A stretch of DNA of 64,000 nucleotides from a virus: IMG/VR virus record IMGVR_UViG_3300045988_096784; one strand, 5' to 3'. This document shows positions 52,475 through 64,000 of this stretch, piece by piece (the stretch's first letter is position 1; every line of letters begins with the position of its first letter). Under the pieces are notes generated by a model. The model was given only the letters and a program-made list of their open reading frames with translations, was not told the DNA's origin and did no database searches. The translations under genes were made by a program, and so were the position numbers.

Positions 52475-55400
52475 ATGAATACTGCTTCTGAATCTATCTT
52501 TTAGACGATAGATATTCTAGTTGATAAAGCACTATCAAAATTAACTTATGATAAGACTATTTCAGCAGAGATTAGTAGTATTGTTAATCTTGATAGCGGA
52601 GAGTATAAAGTTAAATATTCTGGAAATATAGTTTCTGCTTTTGCGGATGATGTAAAAAAGCAGTATAAAGTAGGGGATACTGTATATGTTACTATTCCCC
52701 AGGATGATTTATCTGCAAGAAAAAGAATTGTTTGTAAGACAAATGAACAATCATTATCATATGGAGAGATGCTGTCGCTTTCTAATTCAATAATAGAAAA
52801 AAGCCCAACATTTGATACAATGTATGATTATGACAAAGATGCAGAAAGGGGCGTCGTAGCAGGCGCACCAGCAGATAGTGATTTAAGTTAGTAGATTATT
52901 TATAGTGGTAATGAAGAAGGATATCATGGACTATTCCAATAGTATGCAAATAACAATGAGCTTATTAGAATAAAAGCCTCTTTCTTAACTACTTTCCATT
53001 GTGAACATACCAAAGGAAATTATGGTTTAGATATATAGTTTTTTACAAAGAGCGGAGATATAGTTTCTTATAAGCTTGATTTAAGTTCTTTTAATGGAGA
53101 TCCCTATCGCTTTTAGGTCTACAGCCCGCAATCTGTGGTTATTAAGGCTCAAAAAAATTATTTAACTGGACTTAAATAGATTAAGTTATTTGAAGAAAAT
53201 TTTGTCTATGATCGTTATGTGGAATCTGGTGTAGTTACAGATAAAGAGAATAGAACTGTACCTAACATTTTTGTAAAGGATATAGAGATTTAGTTTGTTG
53301 AATAGAAAGATTTAACAGATAATTTATATTATTTAGATATTTCGACCCCGCAAGGAAATTCATTTACCAACGAGATCTCTTCTCTTGATTTAGTTGGTCG
53401 ATTAATTTATTAGGGCGATAATATAATAGATGAACAAACTTGTAAATGTAAGTGGTTTGAGCGAGATGTAAGTGTTTTGTTAGGTAGCGATTCTTACGAT
53501 AAAAATGGTGGTGTAGGATGGGCTCACGTCACAGCGTCCGAGAGCAATGTGATGACACTTAAGGCTGAGCAAGTGAAACATTAGAAGTAGTATAAATTAG
53601 TGGTTATATATAATGATAGCGTAACATTGAGTGCGGAAGTAATGATATATAATTTAACAAGTAACTATGATTTTCAGCTTAAACAAACAACAGTAGGAGA
53701 AGATATTATCATTCAAATTTAGAACAATGCGGATAACACCGTTCTTATTGGAGATTGGTATATGCTTTATCCAGATGGAAGCTATACAGCAGTTGGATTA
53801 TAGCAAAATTCCATCACAGTTACTAATTTGTTATTGTACTCTTCTGTCACTTTTATTTGTGGAGTTTATAATAAAGAACATACCGAGATTATCTCTGTAT
53901 TAGAACATCTTGTCACAAATAGCTCTTCTGAAGAAGATGTAACAATTACCTATAATGGAGAAGATACATTCAGATATGATGCAAATGGAGATATAGCTAT
54001 TGAAGACGCTGAAAAAGAACGTACTCTTCAAGTTGTTTTAACTTGGAAAGATGGTGTAGGAACTTCTTATAAAGTAGAATGGATTGGTCCAGATGGAAAA
54101 GATATTACTAATTCAAGATATAATCCTAGCGAGTCTATGATTGAAAACCTCTGGGTTGACAATAGTAATATTTTACATTATACTATTAAGTAGAAGTATA
54201 AAGTTAATTTTAACAATAATACTATCTTAGTTCGTATAATCACTATGGATGAGCAAGAATATTCTTTCCGAAAAGAAATTCTGTTCTTAAAAGATGGTGA
54301 TTAGGGTACAAATGGTACTACATACGTAAGTGCTATTAGACCATTTGATCCTGACACTGGATTGAAACTATCTGGATTAACTCCATTAGTTTATAGAGAT
54401 GAATCTTGGGTAAATGAATTACCTATAAGATGCTATGTATATAAAGATGGAGAATTAATCAATAATAATGGTAATTACACCCTATCTTATAAATGGACTG
54501 GTGTTAATATTGAATTGCGGGAAGGCGAGAATGATGACCGCAAAATAGCAAGTGGTACAACATAGTTGATCTCAAATCCCGCAGGCGGATATGTAAAAGT
54601 TTAGGTAACTATTAATGACAATAAGAATAATAGAGCCTATGAAATTTACTGTAATTACCCTATTGATGTTGCTGTTAATTTTAGTGATGATGAATTAAAT
54701 AATATTGATATTAGTTCTATTCCTTCTTATATTAAATATACTGCGTCTGGTGTTAATCCATCCTTTTATAGCAATAACATTGAATTTATTGTTAATAATT
54801 AGGATTATAGTCGTAATATTTCTTCTCTTGTAAAAGAAATTTTAACAGTTGAAGAAAAAGATAATCTTTATTATCTTGAACCTGCATCTAGTTTTATTTT
54901 TGAAGATAATAATATTGCTTTATTAAAATGTGAATACGAAGGAAAATATATCTACCATCCCGTTATTTTATATCTTGATACATATGGCAATGAGCTAATA
55001 AATGGATGGGATGGCACATAGCTACAAATTGATGAAGAAAATGGTTAGTATATCTTAGCTCCATAGATTGGAGCAGGAGAGAAAGATAGTTTTAATCGTT
55101 TTACTGGTGTAGTTATGGGAAAAGATAGCGTTCAAGATAAAATAGGTTTATATGGTTATAAAGCTGGAGTTAATACTTTTGGTTTAATGGAAAATGGAAC
55201 AGCGTTTTTTGGAGCTAAAAGTGGTGGAGGATAGATCATTATTGATGGAACTTCAGCGAAGATTTATGGTGGAGGGAATTCTTCAGAAGAAGGTGGGGAT
55301 GCCTCTAATGGAATGACTATTACTCTTGCTGATCTTAAAGCAGATGGATCTACCGAAGCTATAAAGATTGGCGGAGGAGCTTTTACAGTAAAATATAATG

Positions 55401-56389
55401 GAACTGTAAAAGCAACCAATGCAGAAGTTTCAGGGACTATTTACGCCTCTTCTGGTAAAATTGGAGGAACGAAAACAGGATCTAATGGTTGGACTATTGA
55501 AACCAATAGACTATATAGCGGCTCTGGCTCAACGAGAGTTGAATTAAATAGCCAATCTCCAACCAATACTTCTACTCCTACTAATAATAATGATTTTGCT
55601 ATTTGGGCAGGAAGTGCTACAGCATCAAGTGCTAAATTTTCTGTTTCTAAAGGCGGATTAATTACTGCTAAATAGGGAAATATTGGAGGTTGGATTCTTT
55701 CTTCTAATAAGTTAACTAGTGATAATTATAGAACTGGAATAGCGAGCTCAGGCACTTATCGTTTTTGGGCAGGAGCTAGTTCTAGTAGTACAGCAGATAG
55801 ACCAGTCTTCTCTGGATCCTCTTACTTTTATGTTACTAGCTCTGGAGAAATGTAGTGTAAAAATGCAACAATTAATGGTTCAATTTACGCAGATGATGGT
55901 GAGATTGGTGGCTGGACTATCAGTTCTAATAGAATTTCTGGAGGAAGAACTACACTATATTCAAATGGTAGAATTGTGTGTGATGATTTTGAATCAGATA
56001 ATGTAGATATTAGTGGAGATATTAATGCAACTACTTTGACTTGCAATAACGGTGAGATTGGTGGCTGGACTATCACTGAAAGTGATATTAGAAATGGTGT
56101 AACAAGATTATCTGATGAAGGTCTTGAAACTAATTAGGTACAGATTTATATGGGAAGGAATTGGAACACTTATCTTGGATATTTGGGGTATGTTCCAGGT
56201 AAGGATGATGATGGAGTAACTGATAATATTGGTATTGCAACTATTGGAAGAGGGTAGAGTATTATTCTTAAATCTGCCAGAAATATTGCTTTAAATACTG
56301 AAGGAGCAGGTATTTGGGTTAATGCAAATCAATTCCATATGAATGTGCCAAAATCTGGATAGGATGGTATTTATGCCCAATTTGCGTAA
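52475..56389 (+). CDS. large tail-tip/fibre protein (about 1304 aa) with repeated G-E/K-IGGW-T/I-I motifs, about 35 in-frame TAG
   Basis: AAGGAGG ribosome-binding site; fragments 53828-54193, 54362-54565, 55313-55675 in one frame; four IGGW repeats in the C-terminal third. Confidence 0.55.
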
Positions 56390-56403
56390 GGAGTTGATAG
56401 TAT

Positions 56404-57144
56404 ATGGGTTCTGTAACTTTACATTCTCCTTCTTACTCTAGTGTTGGATAGAGATATGCTTCAATAAGTTGTACTGCGGTAGGATGGGTATATCCAAGTG
56501 ATTCTGGAACGACTACTACGGGAGATAGTAAAAACGGTTCTAGAACTACTATTTCTTATAGCAATACAGTATGGAGTTGGAGCTTTAGTGATGGAGGCAG
56601 CTCTAGTTCAAAAGAACCAACTCATAATTTTACTGGTTTAACCGCGGGAAGGGCAAACACAGTTAGAGGCACATTAAGTGCTAGATGTACGAAAACCACT
56701 ACTGTAACTCGATGGTCTACTCATAGAGAAGAAGTAGGAAAAGATGAAAATGGGAATCCAATATATGAAGATGTAACAACAACTACTGGGCCAACTACGT
56801 CTAGGACAACAGTTAGTTTAGGATCTGCATCTGATAGTGTAACTGTATATACGCAACCAACTAGCTTTTCTTTTGGATGCAGTCCTGGAGATTATATAGC
56901 AGATTATGCTACAGCCAGCAAATGGAATTAGTTAGCTGACTAGGTTGGTAAATATAAAAGTTGGAGAAACTAGTCAAATCAGTATTCTTCATACAATAAT
57001 TTAAAAGTTTCTCGTGGTGATTGGATAACTGCGAGTGTTTATAATTCTATGGCATCTGCTTGCGGGACTTCAAGAGTTACCGCAGATAAAACTTTGATTA
57101 GTGCAGCTTTATTTGAAGCTTTAGCAGATGCGGTTTCGCCATAA
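56404..57144 (+). CDS. hypothetical tail protein (246 aa), Ser/Thr-rich, 4 in-frame TAG
   Basis: AAGGAG ribosome-binding site; frame to TAA. Confidence 0.45.
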
Positions 57145-57164
57145 GAGAAAAAGGAGTCTTAATT

Positions 57165-57536
57165 ATGAAAATGTTAAACAAGGATATTTTGGAAGCAGTT
57201 GAGAATTTAAATTCTACAATACAAGATTGCTCACTTCTTCCCGCGAGCGTATCATATGCAGTAATAAGAAATTTTAAAATTCTTTCTCCTATTGCTGAGG
57301 ATATTTATAACGAACGAAAAAAGATTATTGAAAGATATGGAGAAAAAGTTGATGATATAACCTATTAGATTTCAGAGGAGAAAAGGGAAGCGGCTAATCA
57401 AGAATTAAATGCTTTATTGGCGGTTAATACTAGTGTTCCATTAGCGACTTTTTCTATTGATATTTTATAGGGGTATGATATTCCTTTAAAAGTTATGAAT
57501 ACTCTATATTTTATGGTGGAGGCTGACGAGGAGTAA
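57165..57536 (+). CDS. hypothetical protein (123 aa), 2 in-frame TAG
   Basis: AAAAAGGAG ribosome-binding site; followed by 12-bp-stem terminator 57519-57551. Confidence 0.45.
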
Positions 57537-57621
57537 AACTCGTCAGCCTCTTGGCCAATTATATTTATAAAAAATATAAGATTTTTTAAATATTTTAGAT
57601 GAGAAAAAGGAGGCGTTAATT

Positions 57622-60411
57622 GTGCCAATTAGTATTTATCCGCCTACTTTGTAGAGTACATAGCCAGCATTTCTTTCTAGCGTGAACGTATATCAGATAA
57701 ATTTTACGCTATAGTCAATTACGTCTTTTAATGATATAGGTCATGTACAAGTGCGGTTAGTTCGTTAGTCTAATAATAAAAGTATTGTAAATACAGACCA
57801 ATATCCAGATGGAACTATTTATAAAGCTCCTTCTGCGATAGGGTCTTTAGGAAATCAATATTTTGTATCAATTAATAGAAGCGAATTAGCCGAATCTTGG
57901 TAGCCAGGCTATTTATACAAAGTACAAATGCGTTTTGGTATAAATCCAATGTATACTTCATTATCAGAATTTGCCACTTGGAAACAATAGCAGATAGACG
58001 CGGGAGCCTTTTCTGAATGGTCTACTGTAATGATAATCAAGGCTATAGATACACCAATTATTAAAATAGAAAACGATGAAGCTAAACGAGAAGATGTTAT
58101 ATCTACTGAAAGAATAGAGGCAACTCTTACTCCTTTGTTTATAGGAAGCTTTAATATTAGCTCTGCTAGTAATGAATTATTGGATAGATATAAATTTGAT
58201 TTGTATGAAGGAGCCTCTAAAGATCCCAATTATTTACTTGAAACATCTGGATGGTTATAGCACAATGGTTCTATTAATAATACCGATACTTATAGATTTA
58301 AAACCGTGTTAACCAATAATAAAAGCTATACAGTAGTCTACTCTATTATTACTATCAATGAATATGAAGGAGAATCAGAGCCTTATAATTTTTCAGTTAA
58401 TAGGACCTATTTGGGAGATTTAGAGGGAGTATCTATTAGAGTTGAGGATAATGATGTATATTGTCGAGAAAATGGTTGTATAAAAATATTTTGTACTGCT
58501 AAAAATGGACTTAGTGGTAGTTATGTAATAACAAGAAGTTCTGAAAAAAGTAATTATTAGATATGGGAAGATTTAAAATATCTTAAATTTTCTAATCAAG
58601 TATTAAATGATTCAGTTATTCATGTTGATTTTACTATTGAAAGTGGTATAAGATATAAATATGCCATACAATAGGAAAATTCAGCAGGGTTGCGGACTTC
58701 TTAGGTATATGATACAAGTAACCAAGGTAGAAGTGTTGATTTCCAATATAGCTATATTTATAGGGATAATATATAGTTAAAGTTATCTCTTAATTAGACA
58801 TTATCCAGCTTTAAACATACTACTTTAAGAAGTAAACAAGATACCTTAGGAAGTAAATATCCTCATTTGGTTTAGAATGGTAAGGCTTATTATGCAGAGT
58901 TTCCAATTTCTGGATTAATAAGTTTTTAGATGGATGAAGATTAGACATTTTTCTCTTTAAAAGATGATGGACTTTATTACAATAATGAATTAGTAATTCC
59001 CAAAGACAAATTTATTAAAAACAATGTAACCAGAGGAAAATGTCAAGAGAAGTAGGAAACTTATTCTGAAGTTTCTACAGATGAAAATAAATTATCTATC
59101 TCAACTAGTTTAACAAATGATAATATTTTTATTGAAAGAATATTTAGAGAAAAAGTGGAAGAATTTTTAAATGATTTTAATTATAAGCTCTTTAAATCTT
59201 CTACCGAAGGAAATATAATTATAGGCTTGCTGAATGTATCTTTGACTCCGAATAATACGGTCGGCCGCATGATTTACTCTTTTTCTGCTACTGCGTATGA
59301 AGTTTTAGAGAATACCATAGAAAATTTAAATGAAGTTAATATAATAAATATTGGTAAATTTGAAAGTTTGGCTAGCGAAGATAGAATAAATTCTTTCGGA
59401 TAGTTAAGTGGAATTTATGGTAGAAATATAGATTTATATGCAAAGATAAGAGAGCAGGAAGAAGTTAGTATAGGCGGAGGATATAAACTTAATTTAATTC
59501 AAGTTACAGATATTTAGATTGAGCAATATCCAAAAATAGATTTGACTGCACGATTACTAGAATTAGAAGCTCTTAAATCTGAAGCCGCGGGAGATGACGA
59601 GGATACTTCTGAATATGATAGACAGATTTAGGAATGTAAAGATTTGATTCTCGCTCTTGATGGTCCTGAATCCGCAACTATCGAAATTAATGTTAATGGT
59701 TCAAGAATTTTAGTTGCTCCAAATAGAGTTTATCATTTAAATGAAAATGTAAATTCTTTATCTTTGTCCGCGTCTAGCGTTCCTATTATTGTAAATTATG
59801 TTTGCTAGTTGAATTAGGTTGAGGACGTTTCTGTTGGAGTCGTTTCTGCTATTGATGCTTCTCGCATTTGGGGATAGATTTCTGGAATTTTTACTGGTAC
59901 AGATGGAGTTTTAAAATTCTATAATTACGATTATAGAAACAGTGAAACTTATCGTATATTTAGTAATGTTCCACCAAATATGGAAAAGTTTTTAGTTAAG
60001 GATAAATAGGGAGATACTATTGTTGATAATACAACCTTTAATCTATATAAAACCATTAATATTTACGAGATAATAAAAGAAGAGACATAGAAACAAGTTG
60101 AGCTTATATACAATACTCATTTTGAATTAAATGATGATGGATAGTTGACAGATGGCGAGATTTATTATACTTTTAGTGATATTGTTTTACTTGACATTGA
60201 GGCAGATGAAGGAACTACCCTTTTAATTAGTTCTAGTCCAGATGGAAGTAATCCGTCTATTATAAAGATTGGCTCAACTGGAAGGTATACTCTTAATCCA
60301 TTAGATAATATGGTTAAATATATAGCTTTAGAAAGTGCTTAGTTTTGTGTAATAAATTATAAATGTTTAACAAATCAAATGCGCATGAAGGTGGAATAGT
60401 ATTATGTTTGA
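57622..60411 (+). CDS. large baseplate/tail structural protein (about 929 aa), about 35 in-frame TAG
   Basis: GTG after AAAAAGGAGG; fragments 58030-58260, 58306-58560, 59155-59403, 60145-60342 in one frame; ends TGA. Confidence 0.5.
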
Positions 60412-62308
60412 TTATTTAAATGATATGGATTTCCTTATAGCTCTTGATAAATTAAATATTAAAACTCATTACGCAAAAATTATTTTACTTTCTTTTGATG
60501 AAAAACCTATTAGAGAAATATAGGGCAACATAACTGCTGGTAGTTTAAGTGTTAATGGATCGTCCTCTGTTCGTAGAACAATTAACCTAACTATGTTGGC
60601 TAATGAGAATAATAGCGATATTGAAAATATAGATAATGAGATTTCAATAAACAAGAAGGTTAAAGTTTTTGTTGGATATAATAATCCGTTAAAGTCTTAT
60701 GCAAGATATGGAGATATAATTTGGTTTCCTTGTGGATTATTTGTTTTATCTAACGCATCGGCAGCAAGATCCACTTCTGGATGGACAATCTCTATAAGTG
60801 GAAAAGATAAAATGTGTTTACTTGATGGAACCGCAGGAGGGACGTTTCCAGGCTCCATAACCTTTCATGAAAGTTATATATAGAAAAAAGATGGAGATAT
60901 AGAAATTGTATATCCAACTATCTTTCAAATTATATATGAAGCAGTCAACCATTGGGGCGGAGAAGCTATAACAAATATTATTATTACTGACATAGAAGAA
61001 ACTTGTAAGATGTTGGTTAAATATATAGGAGATAAACCCATATATTTTAGCAATAATTATGAAAGTATGGACTTTTCTCCAAGCGCTGATTTTCCTCATA
61101 TGATAAGTTATGGATAGGATGCTGGATATAGAGAAACTGAATTTACTTATCCGGGAGAATTAATTTTAGATGCTGGAGATACTGTAACTACTCTATTAGA
61201 TAAAATAGTTGAAGTTCTTGGAAATTTTGAGTATTTTTATGATATAGATGGTCGCTTTATCTTTTAGTAGATAAAGAATTATCTTAATACTGGAAGTCCT
61301 TTAACAGAGTTATCTCCAGAAAATTATGTAAAGAGCTATAATAATGCTAAGTTTTTATACTCTTTAACCGATCTTGATACTACTACAGCCATAACCCGCA
61401 GTCCAAAGTTTGATAATATAAAAAATGATTTTTATGTTTGGGGAAAGAGAACCACTACATCTGGAGTAGAAGTTGATATTAGGTATCATCTTGCTATTGA
61501 TACCAAACCAATAATTGACTTAGCAGGATATTATATGTGGGCTGTGAGTGATAAAGAAACGGGATTAATTATAAGATATGATTTTAATAATATATCTTCT
61601 GATTATTCAATATCAGGATATGAAGTAGAATTAGTTGGATCTCCATGCGATGAGTGGAGAGAGGAATTATATCGTAGAGCATTAAACGCACAAGTAACAA
61701 ATAGTGTATATGATAATTATTATGATTCTGAATTAATCGCCGAATGGCGCAATTTATATAATCCACTAAATGGGAAATGGGATGAATATAATCATTGGAA
61801 TCCAGATGTATTTAATAATCCAGGAAATCTAAACTATTGGCTAGATTTTATAGATACCGGTTCAGAAATTGGAAAATATTCAATAAATGAGATAGGTAGA
61901 AGGACTAAAGTAATTAATAGTTCTGATATAACTTCCGTATATAATATAGAAGCTCCTGATATTATATTTATTGAAGGATTAGACCAGGATTTGATAGCAG
62001 AATATAGAGGAATTGGTTAGAGATTTTTTGTTCTTACTTCTGAGTATTATAATTTATTTTCAATAAGCTCCACAAATGCAAGTTGTTTTGATAAAATTAG
62101 AGAAATGTTGTATTAGAATTTAAATTATAATACAACTATATCCATTACTTGTTTACCAAAATATTATATGGAACCAAATAATATTCTTTATGTTGAAGAT
62201 AAAGACAGTGGACTTAGTGGAAATTATTAGATAACCCAATTCACTTTACCTCTTTCATATAATGGAACTATGAGTATTACAGCCACGGAAGTATTAACAA
62301 GAGTATAA
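60404..62308 (+). CDS. tail/baseplate structural protein (634 aa), about 8 in-frame TAG
   Basis: GAAGGTGG ribosome-binding site; fragments 60593-60883 and 61535-62020 in one frame; ends TAA. Confidence 0.5.
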
Positions 62309-62324
62309 GGAGGAGTAGGAGATA

Positions 62325-62915
62325 ATGCCAACTGTTGGTCAAATATATTATAATGTAATAGATAACAACAGTGGTAGTTATGTTTCTAGTGGGTAGAATA
62401 TATTCAGTGATATTGTTGTCCAAGTGGGGGCCTCTCAATTTAATAAAGTTGGAGTATAGGCTCCTGCTGGGACTAAGATAGTTATGAATGAATCAAAAAC
62501 TATTATGGTTGGTAGAACTGGAATATATGAACTAGATGATGACATAGCTATTACTAATATGTATTTTATTAGACCTAGAAAGTATGAGAAAGACGAAGAA
62601 GCATCTCAGTAGGCTATTGAACAAGGAACTGCGGGAATGCAAGCCGCAGACAAAAAAAGAAGTGAAGATTTGGAGAGATTTTATAAAGAAAATCCAGATA
62701 TGCCAGATCAAGATACCGATCCAGAAGGATATAAGGCTTATTGGGACGCATATAATAATATTTAGACTGCTTATATAGAGGCTTATTAGACAGCATTAAG
62801 CTTATATAATCAGGGGGTAAATGGCATTTATGTACTACCAAATCCTGATAATGTTGATGCTCCAGAAAATTATTAGGATTTATATAATGTCATTATTGAC
62901 TTTATTTATGTATAA
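62325..62915 (+). CDS. hypothetical protein (196 aa), 6 in-frame TAG
   Basis: TAAGGAGG ribosome-binding site; frame to TAA. Confidence 0.45.
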
Positions 62916-62929
62916 GGAGGTGTCAAACT

Positions 62930-64000
62930 ATGGAGAGTTTCTATGGAGGACCTAAAGGTATAGATTTTGAAATTAAGCAAATCTTTACTAGTAAATATTA
63001 GATGGATAGAGATTTAACAAAGGGTTGGACATCTTCTATTTTCCCTGGAGATTTCGTTATTGTATCGTATGGTTTGCCAAGTGATGCAAATTATGATATT
63101 TATAAGAATGAAGATTTATAGAATTATGGTAAAAGTTATAACTCTACCCTTTGGAAAAAAGTTTTTAATGATAAAGATGGAAGTGGGTCTGCGGGCGGCC
63201 TAAGCTATGAGATGCAGGCTTCCATGACAGGAAATACACCAAGAATTAGCTTACATGATACAGAAGTTCTTGATGCCGACAAAGATCCAAATGTAGTTTG
63301 GGATAATACAGATTTAGATAGATTGTGGCTAACTTTTTAGCTACCTTAGAGTCAAAATATTCAATTAGGTGAAACAACTGTTCTAGACTGCAATAAAAAT
63401 CCTACTGCGGAATTAGATACAACGGATATAAATAATCCAAGTTTAAAATTATCTTTACCACAATCACAAGTTATTGAAACGGCACTGGTTGAATTATTAA
63501 ATGTTGGAGAGGAACCTACAGTATCCTTAGAAACGTCTGGTTCTTATTCTATAAATAGACCGGCAATTAAATTCCAATTACCTGTATCTCAATCATTATA
63601 GGAAGGAACTACAACAGTTCTTGATTCTAATGAAACACCATATTTTGAGATAAATTTTGATGATATAAATAATCCAGTTATTAATTTCTTTTTACCTCAA
63701 AGCTAGGTAATGGGAAATCCAGAGACTATTATTGTAGGTCCAGAGGAAAACCCATCAGTTTAGATAAATAATACTAATATTAATTCTCCGGTATTAAAAT
63801 TTAGTTTACCAGAATCTATTAAGTTTTATTATGGTGAACTATTAGGGGAAAGAACTGCTGGGATTTATGAAGAAACGAATGAAGCTTTTGCAGATTATAA
63901 TATTGGTGATTATTATATTAATGCACCGACCGGTTTTATTTACAAGGTAACAAAGAAGTCGGGTACAACTTGCACTTTCCAATATGTTGCTTGTATTTAG
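62930..64000 (+). CDS. tail fibre-like protein with repeated N-x-x-(S/P)-x-L-x-F-x-LP-(Q/E)-S motif, 3' end beyond window
   Basis: TAAGGAGG ribosome-binding site; repeats DINNPSLKLSLPQS, INNPVINFFLPQS, INSPVLKFSLPES; several in-frame TAG. Confidence 0.5.

Noticed and set aside
1-64000. CRISPR array, rRNA, integrase or transposase
   Set aside because: No regularly spaced direct repeats with unique spacers, no rRNA-like conservation, no recombinase motifs seen by eye

Overview
Interpretation: this window looks like a single bacteriophage genome segment, AT-rich with Shine-Dalgarno motifs; the host is probably a Firmicute. Left of about 27.2 kb the genes run leftward on the minus strand. They follow an array of 8 tRNA genes and sit behind two families of sigma70-type promoters: early genes in 1.6-11 kb, and a more GC-rich block in 14-27 kb. 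Two interruptions in that block are a small plus-strand replication island with iterons (11.3-12.6 kb) and a gene-free repeat zone built on the palindrome CCGATCGG (13.45-14.1 kb). From 27.3 kb to the end a rightward late operon encodes terminase, portal, capsid, connector, major tail protein, an about 2900-codon tape measure protein and tail-tip or fibre proteins. Central observation: TAG is not a stop codon in this genome. Every long late gene is one reading frame that runs through in-frame TAG codons (more than 100 in the tape measure gene alone) and ends only at TAA or TGA. Conserved enzymes, uracil-DNA glycosylase (UDG) and FolD, also carry in-frame TAGs at alignable positions. This is why the standard-code ORF track shatters the late region. 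Several of the most abundant structural genes contain no TAG at all. No CUA-anticodon suppressor tRNA is present in the array. One tRNA has the mirror anticodon UAG on a short-arm body, and another has an 8-nt anticodon loop. Other notable content includes translation-linked genes (PTH2 peptidyl-tRNA hydrolase, FolD). There is a poly(ADP-ribose)-glycohydrolase-like macrodomain that may act in anti-defence. There are two AbrB/SpoVT-type regulators. A repeated intergenic module occurs at least 7 times: terminator, GC-rich hairpin, TTGCACAA-N16-TTGTGCAA inverted repeat centred near -60, then a consensus promoter. Coordinates of recoded genes were derived by hand-reading frames and may be off by a few nucleotides.
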